A stretch of 64,000 nt of DNA, from IMG/VR virus record IMGVR_UViG_3300027969_000045; one strand, given 5' to 3'. Below, one piece after another: positions 19,173 through 28,247 of this stretch. Position 1 is the first letter of the stretch. The number at the start of each line of letters is the position of its first letter. The DNA is from a virus. The notes beneath the pieces were generated by a model. The model did no database searches. It had not been told where the DNA came from and saw nothing but the letters and a program-made list of their open reading frames with translations. The translations under genes were made by a program, and so were the position numbers.

Positions 19173-20366
19173 ATGAAGACTTTTGCCCAGTTTATAATAG
19201 AAGCACGAACTACTGCCGCATCCACGGAAGCAAAGAATCGTGGTCTTAAAAGTGATGCCCATGGAGATTATTACGATAATCAAGGAAATCTTGTAGCAAA
19301 AACTGTGGGAGGAAAGTTACAATATTTTGGTCAAGGTGGTGCCGGGGCACAACAGCAGCAACAAACACAACAAAGGACTTCACAAACATCATCACAACAA
19401 ACTGCGCCACAGCAGACTCAAACTGCACCACAGGAAGAGCAACAAGAACCAAATGGTGCAGTAATTGTATTGGGAAGATTCAATCCGCCATCCAAAAATC
19501 ACGAAGCACTTTTGAGATCGGGATATTCGCAAGCAAATAGAAGAAAATTTGAATATCGCATATACCCAAGTCGTATTCAGGATGATGCTACAAATCCATT
19601 GAATGTAAGACTTAAAGTTTCTTATATGCAATCAATGTATCCACAATATGCAGAATATATTGTGGATAGTGATAAGATGAAAACAATATTTGATGTTCTT
19701 GAATCTTTATATGGTGATGGATATACTGATGTAGTTATCGTTGTTGGTCAAGATAGACTTGGAGAATTTCAAAGTTTAGCACACAAAGGCGAAGGAGAAG
19801 CATATCAATTCAATACCATTCAGGTAATTTCTGCTGGTGTGAAAGATCCAGATAGTGATGTTGGAGGTGCTGGTTCTTCTGCGATGATGAGAACCGCTGC
19901 TGCTATGGGAGATTTTGAAAAGTTTTCAAGTGGCCTTCCCGCTACTATGAAGGTTAGTGAAAGAAAAGAAATGTTTAATACTATAAAAAGGTCTATGAAG
20001 GTAAATGAAAATACTGAATTATGGAAAATAGCGCCTGAACTTGATTATAATGGAATGAGATGGAACTATAAGAAAAATGGATTATTTGAGGTGGGAGCAT
20101 TCGTTGAAAATTTAAATACTGGATTAGTTGGAAGAATACTTCGCAAGGGGTCAAATCATCTTATCTGTGTGACAGAAGATGGAGTAATGTTTAAGAGTTG
20201 GTTAAGAGATTTGAGAGAAGTTCAAGAGATTGGAACTTGTGATTATAGAGCACACGCGCAATCAATGACGCCCGGACAACCAGTAGTTCCTTATACGGAT
20301 ACTGAAATTAAAATAACAGTACCAAAGAAAAAGATAAATACTAAAAGAAATAGTGGGTCTAAGTAA
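19173..20366 (+). CDS. Cytidyltransferase-like late protein with capsid-targeting-like N-terminus
   Basis: LGRFNPPSKNH (degenerate HxGH), VVGQDR, SSAMMR; N-terminus MKTFAQFIIE; Gln-rich linker; ATAAATA upstream. Confidence 0.75.
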   Translation: MKTFAQFIIEARTTAASTEAKNRGLKSDAHGDYYDNQGNLVAKTVGGKLQYFGQGGAGAQQQQQTQQRTSQTSSQQTAPQQTQTAPQEEQQEPNGAVIVLGRFNPPSKNHEALLRSGYSQANRRKFEYRIYPSRIQDDATNPLNVRLKVSYMQSMYPQYAEYIVDSDKMKTIFDVLESLYGDGYTDVVIVVGQDRLGEFQSLAHKGEGEAYQFNTIQVISAGVKDPDSDVGGAGSSAMMRTAAAMGDFEKFSSGLPATMKVSERKEMFNTIKRSMKVNENTELWKIAPELDYNGMRWNYKKNGLFEVGAFVENLNTGLVGRILRKGSNHLICVTEDGVMFKSWLRDLREVQEIGTCDYRAHAQSMTPGQPVVPYTDTEIKITVPKKKINTKRNSGSK

Positions 20367-20370
20367 AAAA

Positions 20371-22293
20371 ATGAAGACTTGGAAAGAAATTATTACCGAA
20401 GCGAAAACAAAAAGAGAGCAACAACTTGCAGCTGCGACTGCACAACTTGCTGATAAAGACCCATCAATGCCAAAATCTCTTCAAAGTAAAGAAAAGAAAG
20501 CAAAAGACAAAAGAGACTATCAATCGGCTCATACCCAACTGTTGAGAGATATTCACCAGTTCAAAAAAGAAAAATATGAAGCACAAAAACAAGCACAAAT
20601 TGATAAATTAAAGAAACAGGGAGTAGAGAAACACGCAGCAGCAGCAAAAGCATCTATTTCTGGCATTAAAACCCAACAGATTAGTAGTCAAGATAAAGAA
20701 GGAACTGCATATTCCAAAGCAATGGGAAATGTAGGTTCTGCTGCTGCTGGCGTTGCTGGTGCAGCAGTTAATCTTACAAAGTTGACTTTTGCAAAAAGAA
20801 AAGCAAATGCAGCAGCAAATGCAGCAAAAAAAGCACAACCAGAAAAGAAAGAACCAGGGGCACCTGGAAGACCACCACAAGCAAATAAAACTGCACCAGC
20901 AACTCCTGGGACTGGATCTTCAAGTTCAGCACCTACGCCAAAAGCAACTGCACCAGCAACTAGACCCGCTGGACCCAAAGGACCTTCTGGACCATCGGGA
21001 CCAGCAGCAATGAGACCAAAAGGACCTTCTGGACCAAAAGGACCATCGGGACCAGCAGCAATGAGACCAAAAGGACCGGGATCTAATGTATCAACCGGAC
21101 AAAAACCAACTGCGCCAGCATCAACAACACCAACAGTTCCAGCGAAACGTGTTGTGCATAAAGCACCAACCGCATTTGGATTTCCTGTTGGTCGTTTAGC
21201 TACAGCAACTGCAGTTGCTGGTAAAACTTTATCCGGAAAATTTCATACTATTGGACGAGGAGGAGAAAATCCACTCAGCAAAAGAATTGATAAAGCCAAT
21301 GCGGTAAAAAGACCATATAAAGGAAATACGTCAAATATTAGAGAAAAATATTCCAATTGGAGAGATGAATTGCTCACCGAACAGGGATTGATTATTGAAA
21401 TTGATGATTTTGGATTAAAAGATAACAAAAAAGAAAAAGGAGAGAAAAAGATTATTGACGTGATGAAAGGAAAGAATAAGATTGATATTAATCCAAATGA
21501 AACTTCGGTTAAAGAAGAGGTGTCTGGTGTGGATACTCAACAAAATCCAAATCAAGCAAATGATTTAGAAAAAAAACAAAAAGCAATACAAAGACAAATC
21601 TTATTGAAAAAAATACAGTCATTATCTGTTCCTGGTCCAACTGATATTACTGCATCTTATGACCCAAGAATTGAAGAGGCATATAAAGACGAAGAAGGCG
21701 GAATGTCCCGCAATGAACTTTCTACTGTGGAAAGAGCAATCAAATCTCTTCGTAAAAAAATAAAGTCTAATAATCAACAGTTGCCTGCTTGGGTCCAATC
21801 TAAAATCACAAAAGCAGCAGACTATATTGATACTGCTGCAGATTATATGTCAGGTGAAACTGAACAAGTTAAAGAAGCATATGATGATGACAATGAAACT
21901 TTCCGTCAGCATTCTCGTGAGAGATTTACTGCTGGTCCTGCTGATGATGATGGAGCACAAAGAACTTCTAGAATTCTTCAAAGAATGAAAGAAATGAATA
22001 AAGATGCTGAACCAAAGAAAAAGAAAAAGAAAAAAAAAAATAAACTAAAAGAAGAAGGACCCGTATTATCTGTTGGTAGAGGTGAAAAACTTTCAGTAGA
22101 AAAGGGTGGTGGACTTACTCAAAAAGGCAGAGATAAATATAATCGTGCTACTGGTTCGCATCTTCAAGCACCAGTAACTGGTGATGTAAAACCAGGAAGT
22201 AAAGCAGCAAAACGTAGAAAAAACTTCTGTTCTCGTAGTAGAAGTTGGCATGGTGAAAGAGGATTAGCAGCAAGAAGACGTTGGAAGTGTTAG
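20371..22293 (+). CDS. Modular late protein, putative head-internal polyprotein
   Basis: MKTWKEIITE start; modules separated by (I/L/V)xE; Pro/Gly repeats; LPAWVQSKITKAADYI module; basic C-terminal GGLTQKGR..FCSR..RRWKC module. Confidence 0.7.
   Translation: MKTWKEIITEAKTKREQQLAAATAQLADKDPSMPKSLQSKEKKAKDKRDYQSAHTQLLRDIHQFKKEKYEAQKQAQIDKLKKQGVEKHAAAAKASISGIKTQQISSQDKEGTAYSKAMGNVGSAAAGVAGAAVNLTKLTFAKRKANAAANAAKKAQPEKKEPGAPGRPPQANKTAPATPGTGSSSSAPTPKATAPATRPAGPKGPSGPSGPAAMRPKGPSGPKGPSGPAAMRPKGPGSNVSTGQKPTAPASTTPTVPAKRVVHKAPTAFGFPVGRLATATAVAGKTLSGKFHTIGRGGENPLSKRIDKANAVKRPYKGNTSNIREKYSNWRDELLTEQGLIIEIDDFGLKDNKKEKGEKKIIDVMKGKNKIDINPNETSVKEEVSGVDTQQNPNQANDLEKKQKAIQRQILLKKIQSLSVPGPTDITASYDPRIEEAYKDEEGGMSRNELSTVERAIKSLRKKIKSNNQQLPAWVQSKITKAADYIDTAADYMSGETEQVKEAYDDDNETFRQHSRERFTAGPADDDGAQRTSRILQRMKEMNKDAEPKKKKKKKKNKLKEEGPVLSVGRGEKLSVEKGGGLTQKGRDKYNRATGSHLQAPVTGDVKPGSKAAKRRKNFCSRSRSWHGERGLAARRRWKC
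20971..21078 (+). repeat. Imperfect tandem repeat encoding GP(K/S)GP..GPAAMRPK
   Basis: GGACCATCGGGACCAGCAGCAATGAGACCAAAAGGACC occurs twice; GGACC repeated many times. Confidence 0.8.
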
Positions 22294-22294
22294 T

Positions 22295-23311
22295 ATGTCT
22301 CAAGATTTGAATGATTTTTTTAAATTATTAGCAGAAGATAAGAAACAAAAAAAAGAAGAATTTGATAATCTTGTAGGAGATTTGGGATTAAATTCTCTTT
22401 TTGGTGAATTTGCTGCAATTAAAAAAGAACAAAAAGAAAAAAAGATAGAAGAAAAGAAAAAAACAGAATCTATTATTGGTGAACTTACTTTAGATTCTGT
22501 TTTTAAAGAAGTTGTTAATTTAAAAAAAGAAACAAAAAAGAAAAAAGTACAAGAACAAAAAACAATCCAAGCATTTGAAACTTGGTTATATTCTGATTCT
22601 GTATTGGAACAAGATGAAATAATCAATGAAGTTATTGAAGAATCTTTGGAAGAAGTTCTTGAGGTTCTTGAAGATAACAAAGAAGAATTGGAAGAATTTA
22701 ATAAAATTGAAGAACCAACATTAATTGAAAAATCATTAGGTCTTCTTGCCGAACCAAGTGATGTCAAGCAACAAAATGACCCATTAACTCCATTAGATCA
22801 AAAGTTCGCAACACTTGATGATTTACAAAAACATTACAGTACTTTCCTTTCTCGTATTCAACAACAACTTTCCACATTAGGTGGAGGGGGAGAAACCAGA
22901 TTAAGATACTTGGATGATATTGTAGGTATTGCAACGAATTCTGGTGCTTATGATGGAAAGTATTTGCAATGGAACTCTACTACTAATAAAGCAGAATTTA
23001 CTGACCCAAGTGATTCAGAATCTACAACAATAGTTTCAATTACTGGAATTACCACTTACTATCAGGCAACCGATAATGATGATTATATTGGTGTCAATGC
23101 TAGTGTTCCTGTAACAATAGTTCTTCCAACATCTCCAAATACTGGAAAAAAAATCATCGTCAAAGATGAGGGAAATAATATATCTACATATAGTATTAGA
23201 GTTCAATCAGGTATTGGTAAAAGTGTAGAAAACGATACTTCTGTGATTATGTCTATCAATCATCAATCACTAACATATTTTTTTAATGGAAACAATTGGT
23301 TTATTATCTAA
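22295..23311 (+). CDS. Putative virion-associated protein
   Basis: Charged N-terminus; LSTLGGGGETRLRYLDDIVG motif; beta-rich C-terminal domain (LP..P..G..IIVKDE). Confidence 0.6.
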   Translation: MSQDLNDFFKLLAEDKKQKKEEFDNLVGDLGLNSLFGEFAAIKKEQKEKKIEEKKKTESIIGELTLDSVFKEVVNLKKETKKKKVQEQKTIQAFETWLYSDSVLEQDEIINEVIEESLEEVLEVLEDNKEELEEFNKIEEPTLIEKSLGLLAEPSDVKQQNDPLTPLDQKFATLDDLQKHYSTFLSRIQQQLSTLGGGGETRLRYLDDIVGIATNSGAYDGKYLQWNSTTNKAEFTDPSDSESTTIVSITGITTYYQATDNDDYIGVNASVPVTIVLPTSPNTGKKIIVKDEGNNISTYSIRVQSGIGKSVENDTSVIMSINHQSLTYFFNGNNWFII

Positions 23312-23413
23312 CTAAATATCAATACCTGTGTGGTTCGCATCTATCAGGTGGAAAGGGTGCTTTCGGGCACCTTTTCTTGTATAAATAGTATTGCGAACCA
23401 TAACAGAATAAAA
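23312..23413 (+). ncRNA. Dual late promoter plus structured RNA cassette, copy 2
   Basis: CTAAATA 23312; stem ACCTG/CAGGT; loop TGTGGTTCGCA complementary to TGCGAACCATA 23392-23402; TTCG-tetraloop hairpin 23351-23376; TATAAATA 23380. Confidence 0.6.
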
Positions 23414-23980
23414 ATGATTTATTACACTTACGCATATTTGCGGGTAGATAGAACACCTTATTACATAGGAAAAGGAAAAGGTAATAGGGCATATAGAAGA
23501 AGATATAAAGGTGAAGTAAGAGCACCAAAGGATAAGTCAAGAATAATTTTCCTAAAACAAAACTTAACCGAAGAAGAAGCATTTAAGCACGAAATCTATA
23601 TGATTGCCGTGTTCGGCAGGATAGATTTAGGAACTGGTATTCTTCACAATAGAACTGATGGTGGTGAAGGTGCTTCTGGTGCTATAAGAAGTGAAGAAAC
23701 AAAATTAAAAATGAGAACTCCTAAAAAAACAACAATAAATATGAAAAAACCAAAAAGTGAGGAGCATAAGAAAAAAATAGGATTGCGTAGAAAAGGAAAA
23801 AAACACACGGAAGAAGCAAGAAAAAAAATGAGTGATGCTCAGGTTAGGAGAATTATCACTGATGAATTTAGAGAAAAAATTCAAAAAAGTAGAATGGGAA
23901 GAAAACATTCCGAAGAAACAAAACAAAAAATGAGAGAAAAAGCATTATTAAGAGAAGAACTAAAACGGAACAATAAATAA
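23414..23980 (+). CDS. GIY-YIG homing endonuclease with NUMOD3-like repeats (paralogue of 5049)
   Basis: [46 protein letters not shown] nearly identical to the 5049 ORF; different C-terminal repeats. Confidence 0.85.
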   Translation: MIYYTYAYLRVDRTPYYIGKGKGNRAYRRRYKGEVRAPKDKSRIIFLKQNLTEEEAFKHEIYMIAVFGRIDLGTGILHNRTDGGEGASGAIRSEETKLKMRTPKKTTINMKKPKSEEHKKKIGLRRKGKKHTEEARKKMSDAQVRRIITDEFREKIQKSRMGRKHSEETKQKMREKALLREELKRNNK

Positions 23981-23998
23981 GGTATCAATATAATTGTT

Positions 23999-24775
23999 AT
24001 GTCTTATAATCCACTTCCCCAACCAGCACAATCCGTAGTTTTTACTGGGGCAGGAAATACAGTAGTAAGTTTTTCCAATCCATTTCCAGTATCGTTGGGT
24101 TCTTCCAATATTACGATTACTGGTAATGTAAATGTTGGAACCACAGTATCAGTCACAAGTTCTCCACAAAATCCAAATCATGTACATCTTACAGAAGTTG
24201 GAACATCAGGAATTCTAACAACACCATACCTTCCAGTAGGTATATCAACTTTTAATAATATTATAGTTGTCAAACAACCTGAAGGCAGTTTATATTCATT
24301 TAACAATCACGCAACAAATACAAATCGTGGTTGGACTATGGATGATACAATGAGACCCGTAATGAGTATTAGAGTAAATAGTTCTGGAACTACTATATCA
24401 GATTTGGCAGAAATTACAGAATATGAAATTGGAAATAATAACGCCAATCAAAGTACTATCATCTATGAGTGGTATGAGGGTGATATTAATATTGCTGGAG
24501 CAGCAATTCCTGCTTGGAATTCATTAGGAACAAAATTACAATATAGAGTATATCAAGATAAGTATAGTACTAATACGGGAAATACCTTCACACAAAATAG
24601 TTCTGTTATGAGACATAGTGGAGTTATTATTGGAAAAAATACTTCAGGTGATGAAGGACCATCAACTATGCATGGTGGAGCATCTCCAAATATGCTTACA
24701 CTTTGTATGAAAAGAGTTGATAATTCAACAAAATTAGATGTTTGGTTTGCTTTTACTTGTAAGGAATTATCGTAA
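23999..24775 (+). CDS. Putative structural protein
   Basis: Ser/Thr/Gly/Asn-rich beta protein; ATAAATA upstream. Confidence 0.55.
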   Translation: MSYNPLPQPAQSVVFTGAGNTVVSFSNPFPVSLGSSNITITGNVNVGTTVSVTSSPQNPNHVHLTEVGTSGILTTPYLPVGISTFNNIIVVKQPEGSLYSFNNHATNTNRGWTMDDTMRPVMSIRVNSSGTTISDLAEITEYEIGNNNANQSTIIYEWYEGDINIAGAAIPAWNSLGTKLQYRVYQDKYSTNTGNTFTQNSSVMRHSGVIIGKNTSGDEGPSTMHGGASPNMLTLCMKRVDNSTKLDVWFAFTCKELS

Positions 24776-24854
24776 ATAGTAATAATTACTTCTATGAATG
24801 TTATTGGGAACTTGTAAGTAATAAATAAGATAGGATACTTCACCGGAGGTTATT

Positions 24855-25040
24855 ATGTCTACAGCACTAATACTTGGATTTTTTAAAGCAAATCCAACAC
24901 TCATTTTAACTATTCTTTTTGCAGTTTCGGAAGCACTTGGAGCAAATCCAAAAGTCAAAGCAAACGGTCTTCTTTCACTTATTCTTTTACAAGTCCAAGG
25001 ACAACTAAAAGGCAAAGGTGCTAAAGATTTGACACCTTAA
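24855..25040 (+). CDS. Small membrane protein
   Basis: Hydrophobic segments, SEALGANPKVKANG; GGAGG RBS; late promoter upstream. Confidence 0.65.
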   Translation: MSTALILGFFKANPTLILTILFAVSEALGANPKVKANGLLSLILLQVQGQLKGKGAKDLTP

Positions 25041-25064
25041 ATATAAATCAAATATATCACTAAA

Positions 25065-25096
25065 TGGAGACTTAATTTATAGGTCTCCATTTTTTT
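25065..25096 (+). terminator. Rho-independent terminator followed by late promoter
   Basis: TGGAGACTT..AGGTCTCCA with T run, then TATAAATA. Confidence 0.65.
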
Positions 25097-25129
25097 ATAA
25101 ATAAAAATAGGAAACTTACGGAAAAGAGA

Positions 25130-26155
25130 ATGGCACTCTGGGGCATTTCAACAACATCGGAAACTGCGGCAAACAATTACGCTATTCCAAAATTCCAATC
25201 TGAGACTGATCGTAACAGAAGTCCTTGGAATACATTTGCAGATGTTCGTGGTTGGGTTCAAAGAAGATACAAGACTAAAGTAAATTCAGGAATTTCTACT
25301 CGTTACTTTGACGAAGTTTTAGTTCCAGTTGTTGGATTGAATAGTACTGCAGCAGTAGGAGGAACTACTGGTATTGGTACTGCCGGTCCAGTCGCAGTTT
25401 TCTTTGAAGATCCTAACCAAGCATCACCAATTTCTGTAGGTGGTGGTGGAACTACTGGTATTGCTACGAATACTACTGGTTATGTTCATTTAGTGTTCAA
25501 TGAACTTGTATTTGCTGGTGCTGGTGCAACAGTTAGAATTCGTACCTTTGATGCAAATAATGCTAACGAATCAACAGCAATTGTTGGAACTGCAGTATCA
25601 AATACTGGAACTCAATATGCTTGGGCGGGACCTGCTGCTAATCACGGTTCGCCAAATGTATATACTGGATTTAATGGTCAAATTACAAACCGAGTAGCAT
25701 TTGCATTCACTACACCAAGTACTGTTTTGACTGCACAAGTTGCAATCTCAACAACATTGACTACAACAGGACAAACTGTTGCTGTTGGTGCAACTAACAT
25801 TTTTGTTGATTCGGTAACAGGTGTTTCTATTGGAAGTTCCCTCACAGTTGCAGGCAAACTTGCAAATGTTCCTATTGTTGCTGTTGGAACTACCACCGTT
25901 CAGATTGGAACTGCAAGCACAATTGCAACAACGATTACTCAAGGACTTGGAGTTACATTCAGCACAAGAACTGTTGCTACTAAATTGTTTATTGATATTC
26001 CAAGTGGATTTGTTGGTGTAATTACTGACGGATCAAATGGTGTTGGTGTAATTAATTCATTCACTTCACAATTTGGAGACCTTCTTCGTAATGTTGGTGG
26101 TGCAGGAACTACTGGATCTGTTGGACTTGGAACTACTACATTAACTGTTAGATAA
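25130..26155 (+). CDS. Putative virion structural protein
   Basis: MALWG start, Thr/Gly/Ala/Val-rich, strongly biased codons, late promoter. Confidence 0.65.
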   Translation: MALWGISTTSETAANNYAIPKFQSETDRNRSPWNTFADVRGWVQRRYKTKVNSGISTRYFDEVLVPVVGLNSTAAVGGTTGIGTAGPVAVFFEDPNQASPISVGGGGTTGIATNTTGYVHLVFNELVFAGAGATVRIRTFDANNANESTAIVGTAVSNTGTQYAWAGPAANHGSPNVYTGFNGQITNRVAFAFTTPSTVLTAQVAISTTLTTTGQTVAVGATNIFVDSVTGVSIGSSLTVAGKLANVPIVAVGTTTVQIGTASTIATTITQGLGVTFSTRTVATKLFIDIPSGFVGVITDGSNGVGVINSFTSQFGDLLRNVGGAGTTGSVGLGTTTLTVR

Positions 26156-26162
26156 AAATTAA

Positions 26163-26534
26163 ATGAAATTTGATGAATTGAACGAAGAAAATTATATAAT
26201 CTTTGCTATCAAACACTACGAAAATCCTCAAGCAATGACGCAAGAGGATTTTTTTGAAGATATGAAAAGATTTAAGTGGATTAAACGACTTCTAAACAAA
26301 TACAAAAACACAGGTGAATTGAATATTCATCTAATTATTAATCATTTTATGGTTCTTTATAATGTATTTGGTGAAGCAGCAACACCTTTATTATTTTATA
26401 AATTGAATAAAGAATTGTGGAGTATATTGAAAACTTTTGTTTTGTACCTTGGAAGACTTCCAGAGTATCCAAAGACATCTATACACGATATACCAATTGA
26501 TATTGAATGTCTTAAAATTTTAAAATCAATCTAA
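26163..26534 (+). CDS. Conserved T4-like hypothetical protein
   Basis: FAIKHYENPQ..F.EDMKRFKWIKRLL..HLIINH..LYNVFG. Confidence 0.8.
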   Translation: MKFDELNEENYIIFAIKHYENPQAMTQEDFFEDMKRFKWIKRLLNKYKNTGELNIHLIINHFMVLYNVFGEAATPLLFYKLNKELWSILKTFVLYLGRLPEYPKTSIHDIPIDIECLKILKSI

Positions 26535-26755
26535 TGAAAGAAGAAACTCTTTTAAAATTTATTAATATTGTTCGTAATCTTCGTGAGGATGGTGAAATGG
26601 TTATTACTAATAATGCATCAAGTGGAAAAATTGCGGGATTGCCACCGGATAATCCTCCGGTCTTTAAGAATAGAAAAACTGAACCAAAAAGAAAAAATCG
26701 CAATCCATTTTTTAAAAATTTAGATCAAATAGAAAGACGAAACCCACCGCAATAG
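26534..26755 (+). CDS. Small hypothetical protein
   Basis: Coupled ORF; LRE then TNNASSGKIAGLPPDNPPV and basic tail. Confidence 0.65.
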   Translation: MKEETLLKFINIVRNLREDGEMVITNNASSGKIAGLPPDNPPVFKNRKTEPKRKNRNPFFKNLDQIERRNPPQ

Positions 26756-26759
26756 AAAA

Positions 26760-27224
26760 ATGTTCAATCAAAACGTTACCTCTGATACAAAGATAGCTGT
26801 TCTAGAAGAAAGATTATCTGTATATGAGCAGATGGTAAGTAGGATTGACATAGCAATTCAAAAAATTAGTGAGACTAATCAAGGAATTAGCAAAATGCTC
26901 ACAATTCACAATGAAAGAATTGAGCAATCAATTAGAACTGATGATATAATTGTAAAAATGATAGAAGATATGAAAATATCGTCAAAAATACAACACGAAG
27001 CAATCAGTGAAGAGATAGGGGAAAGAATAGAAAAATTAGAAAAAAAGGTAGAACACATATCACAAATAAAATGGATGACAGTTGGTTGTGGTGTGATTCT
27101 TGCTATACTTACGACGGCAATTTCATCTCTTGCTTCTGGAATGTGGACTCCTTCTGGAATGCAACAAAATAAAACAAATCAAAGTCAAAGTTTGACCGTA
27201 CCAAATATTCGTGCTAGCATATAA
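26760..27224 (+). CDS. Coiled-coil protein with C-terminal transmembrane helix
   Basis: KIAVLEERL heptads; KWMTVGCGVILAILTTAI transmembrane segment. Confidence 0.7.
   Translation: MFNQNVTSDTKIAVLEERLSVYEQMVSRIDIAIQKISETNQGISKMLTIHNERIEQSIRTDDIIVKMIEDMKISSKIQHEAISEEIGERIEKLEKKVEHISQIKWMTVGCGVILAILTTAISSLASGMWTPSGMQQNKTNQSQSLTVPNIRASI
27192..27220 (+). promoter_or_regulatory. sigma70-type promoter for the primase/nrd operon
   Basis: TTGACC-17 bp-TAGCAT with TG extension. Confidence 0.5.
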
Positions 27225-27242
27225 GTCCTGAACTTTTTGTGA

Positions 27243-28247
27243 ATGAATTTTATTGATCAAAAATACATTGGTCTGGTTTCTTCAAGACTGGAGAAGTTTA
27301 AACAAGTTAAAACTGGACTGTATAATTTTAGATGTGTATATTGTGGGGATTCACAAAAGAATAAAAGCAAGACAAGAGGATATATTTACGGTTATAAGAA
27401 CGATCATAATTACAAGTGTCACAATTGTGGAGTATCTAAATCTTTTACTAATTTTCTAAAAGATATTGACACCACTCTTTATGATCAATATATTATGGAG
27501 AGATATAAGAATGGTTCTACTGGCAAGGGATCTAATACACCGGAACCAAAATTCACCTTTGAAAAACCAAAATTCACAAAAAAAGCATTTGATTTGCCAT
27601 CCATCGCAGAACTAAATAAAGAACATTCGGCAAGAATTTATTTAGAAAACAGAAAAATTCCTCAAGATTTTTTGAGTCAATTATTTTATTGTGAAAAGTT
27701 CAAACAATGGACGAATGAACAAAAAAAAACTTTTGAATCTACAAAATACGATGAACCTAGAATCATCATTCCACTTATCAACAATGGAGAAATATTTGGA
27801 TTTCAGGGTCGTAGTTTAAGTAAGAAACCAAAAGTAAAATACATCACAATTATTCTAGATGAAGATCAACCAAAAATTTATGGATTAAACAGAATTGATT
27901 GGAACAAAACTGTTTATGTTGTAGAAGGTCCATTTGATAGTATGTTTATTGAAAATTCAATTGCGATGGTTGGTGCGGATATTGATAAAATGTTTTTCAT
28001 AGCAAATTTTGAAACCAATTTTGTTATGGTCTATGATAATGAAAAAAGAAATAAAGAGATGGTTGCACGATTAGAAAAAAGCATTGAGATGAAATTTCCT
28101 GTGGTAATTTGGCCAAAAGATTTAAAGGAAAAAGACATTAATGATATTGTATTATCTGGACAAGACGTGGAATCTATGCTAAAATTAAATACTTACCAAG
28201 GATTAGAAGCAAAACTTAAATTTACCAACTGGAAAAAAGTAGCATGA
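27243..28247 (+). CDS. gp61: DNA primase
   Basis: Zn ribbon CVYCGDS..CHNC; TOPRIM VVEGPFDS, YDNE, KDIND. Confidence 0.95.
   Translation: MNFIDQKYIGLVSSRLEKFKQVKTGLYNFRCVYCGDSQKNKSKTRGYIYGYKNDHNYKCHNCGVSKSFTNFLKDIDTTLYDQYIMERYKNGSTGKGSNTPEPKFTFEKPKFTKKAFDLPSIAELNKEHSARIYLENRKIPQDFLSQLFYCEKFKQWTNEQKKTFESTKYDEPRIIIPLINNGEIFGFQGRSLSKKPKVKYITIILDEDQPKIYGLNRIDWNKTVYVVEGPFDSMFIENSIAMVGADIDKMFFIANFETNFVMVYDNEKRNKEMVARLEKSIEMKFPVVIWPKDLKEKDINDIVLSGQDVESMLKLNTYQGLEAKLKFTNWKKVA

Noticed and set aside
20971-21078. CRISPR-like array
   Set aside because: Repeats are in-frame coding repeats without unique spacers; no cas genes in the window.
23330-23413. Longer N-termini for the GIY-YIG ORFs (from 23330 and 5025)
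   Set aside because: Similarity between the paralogues begins at ATG 23414 and 5049, and a late promoter lies within (23380) or immediately before (5014) the extensions.
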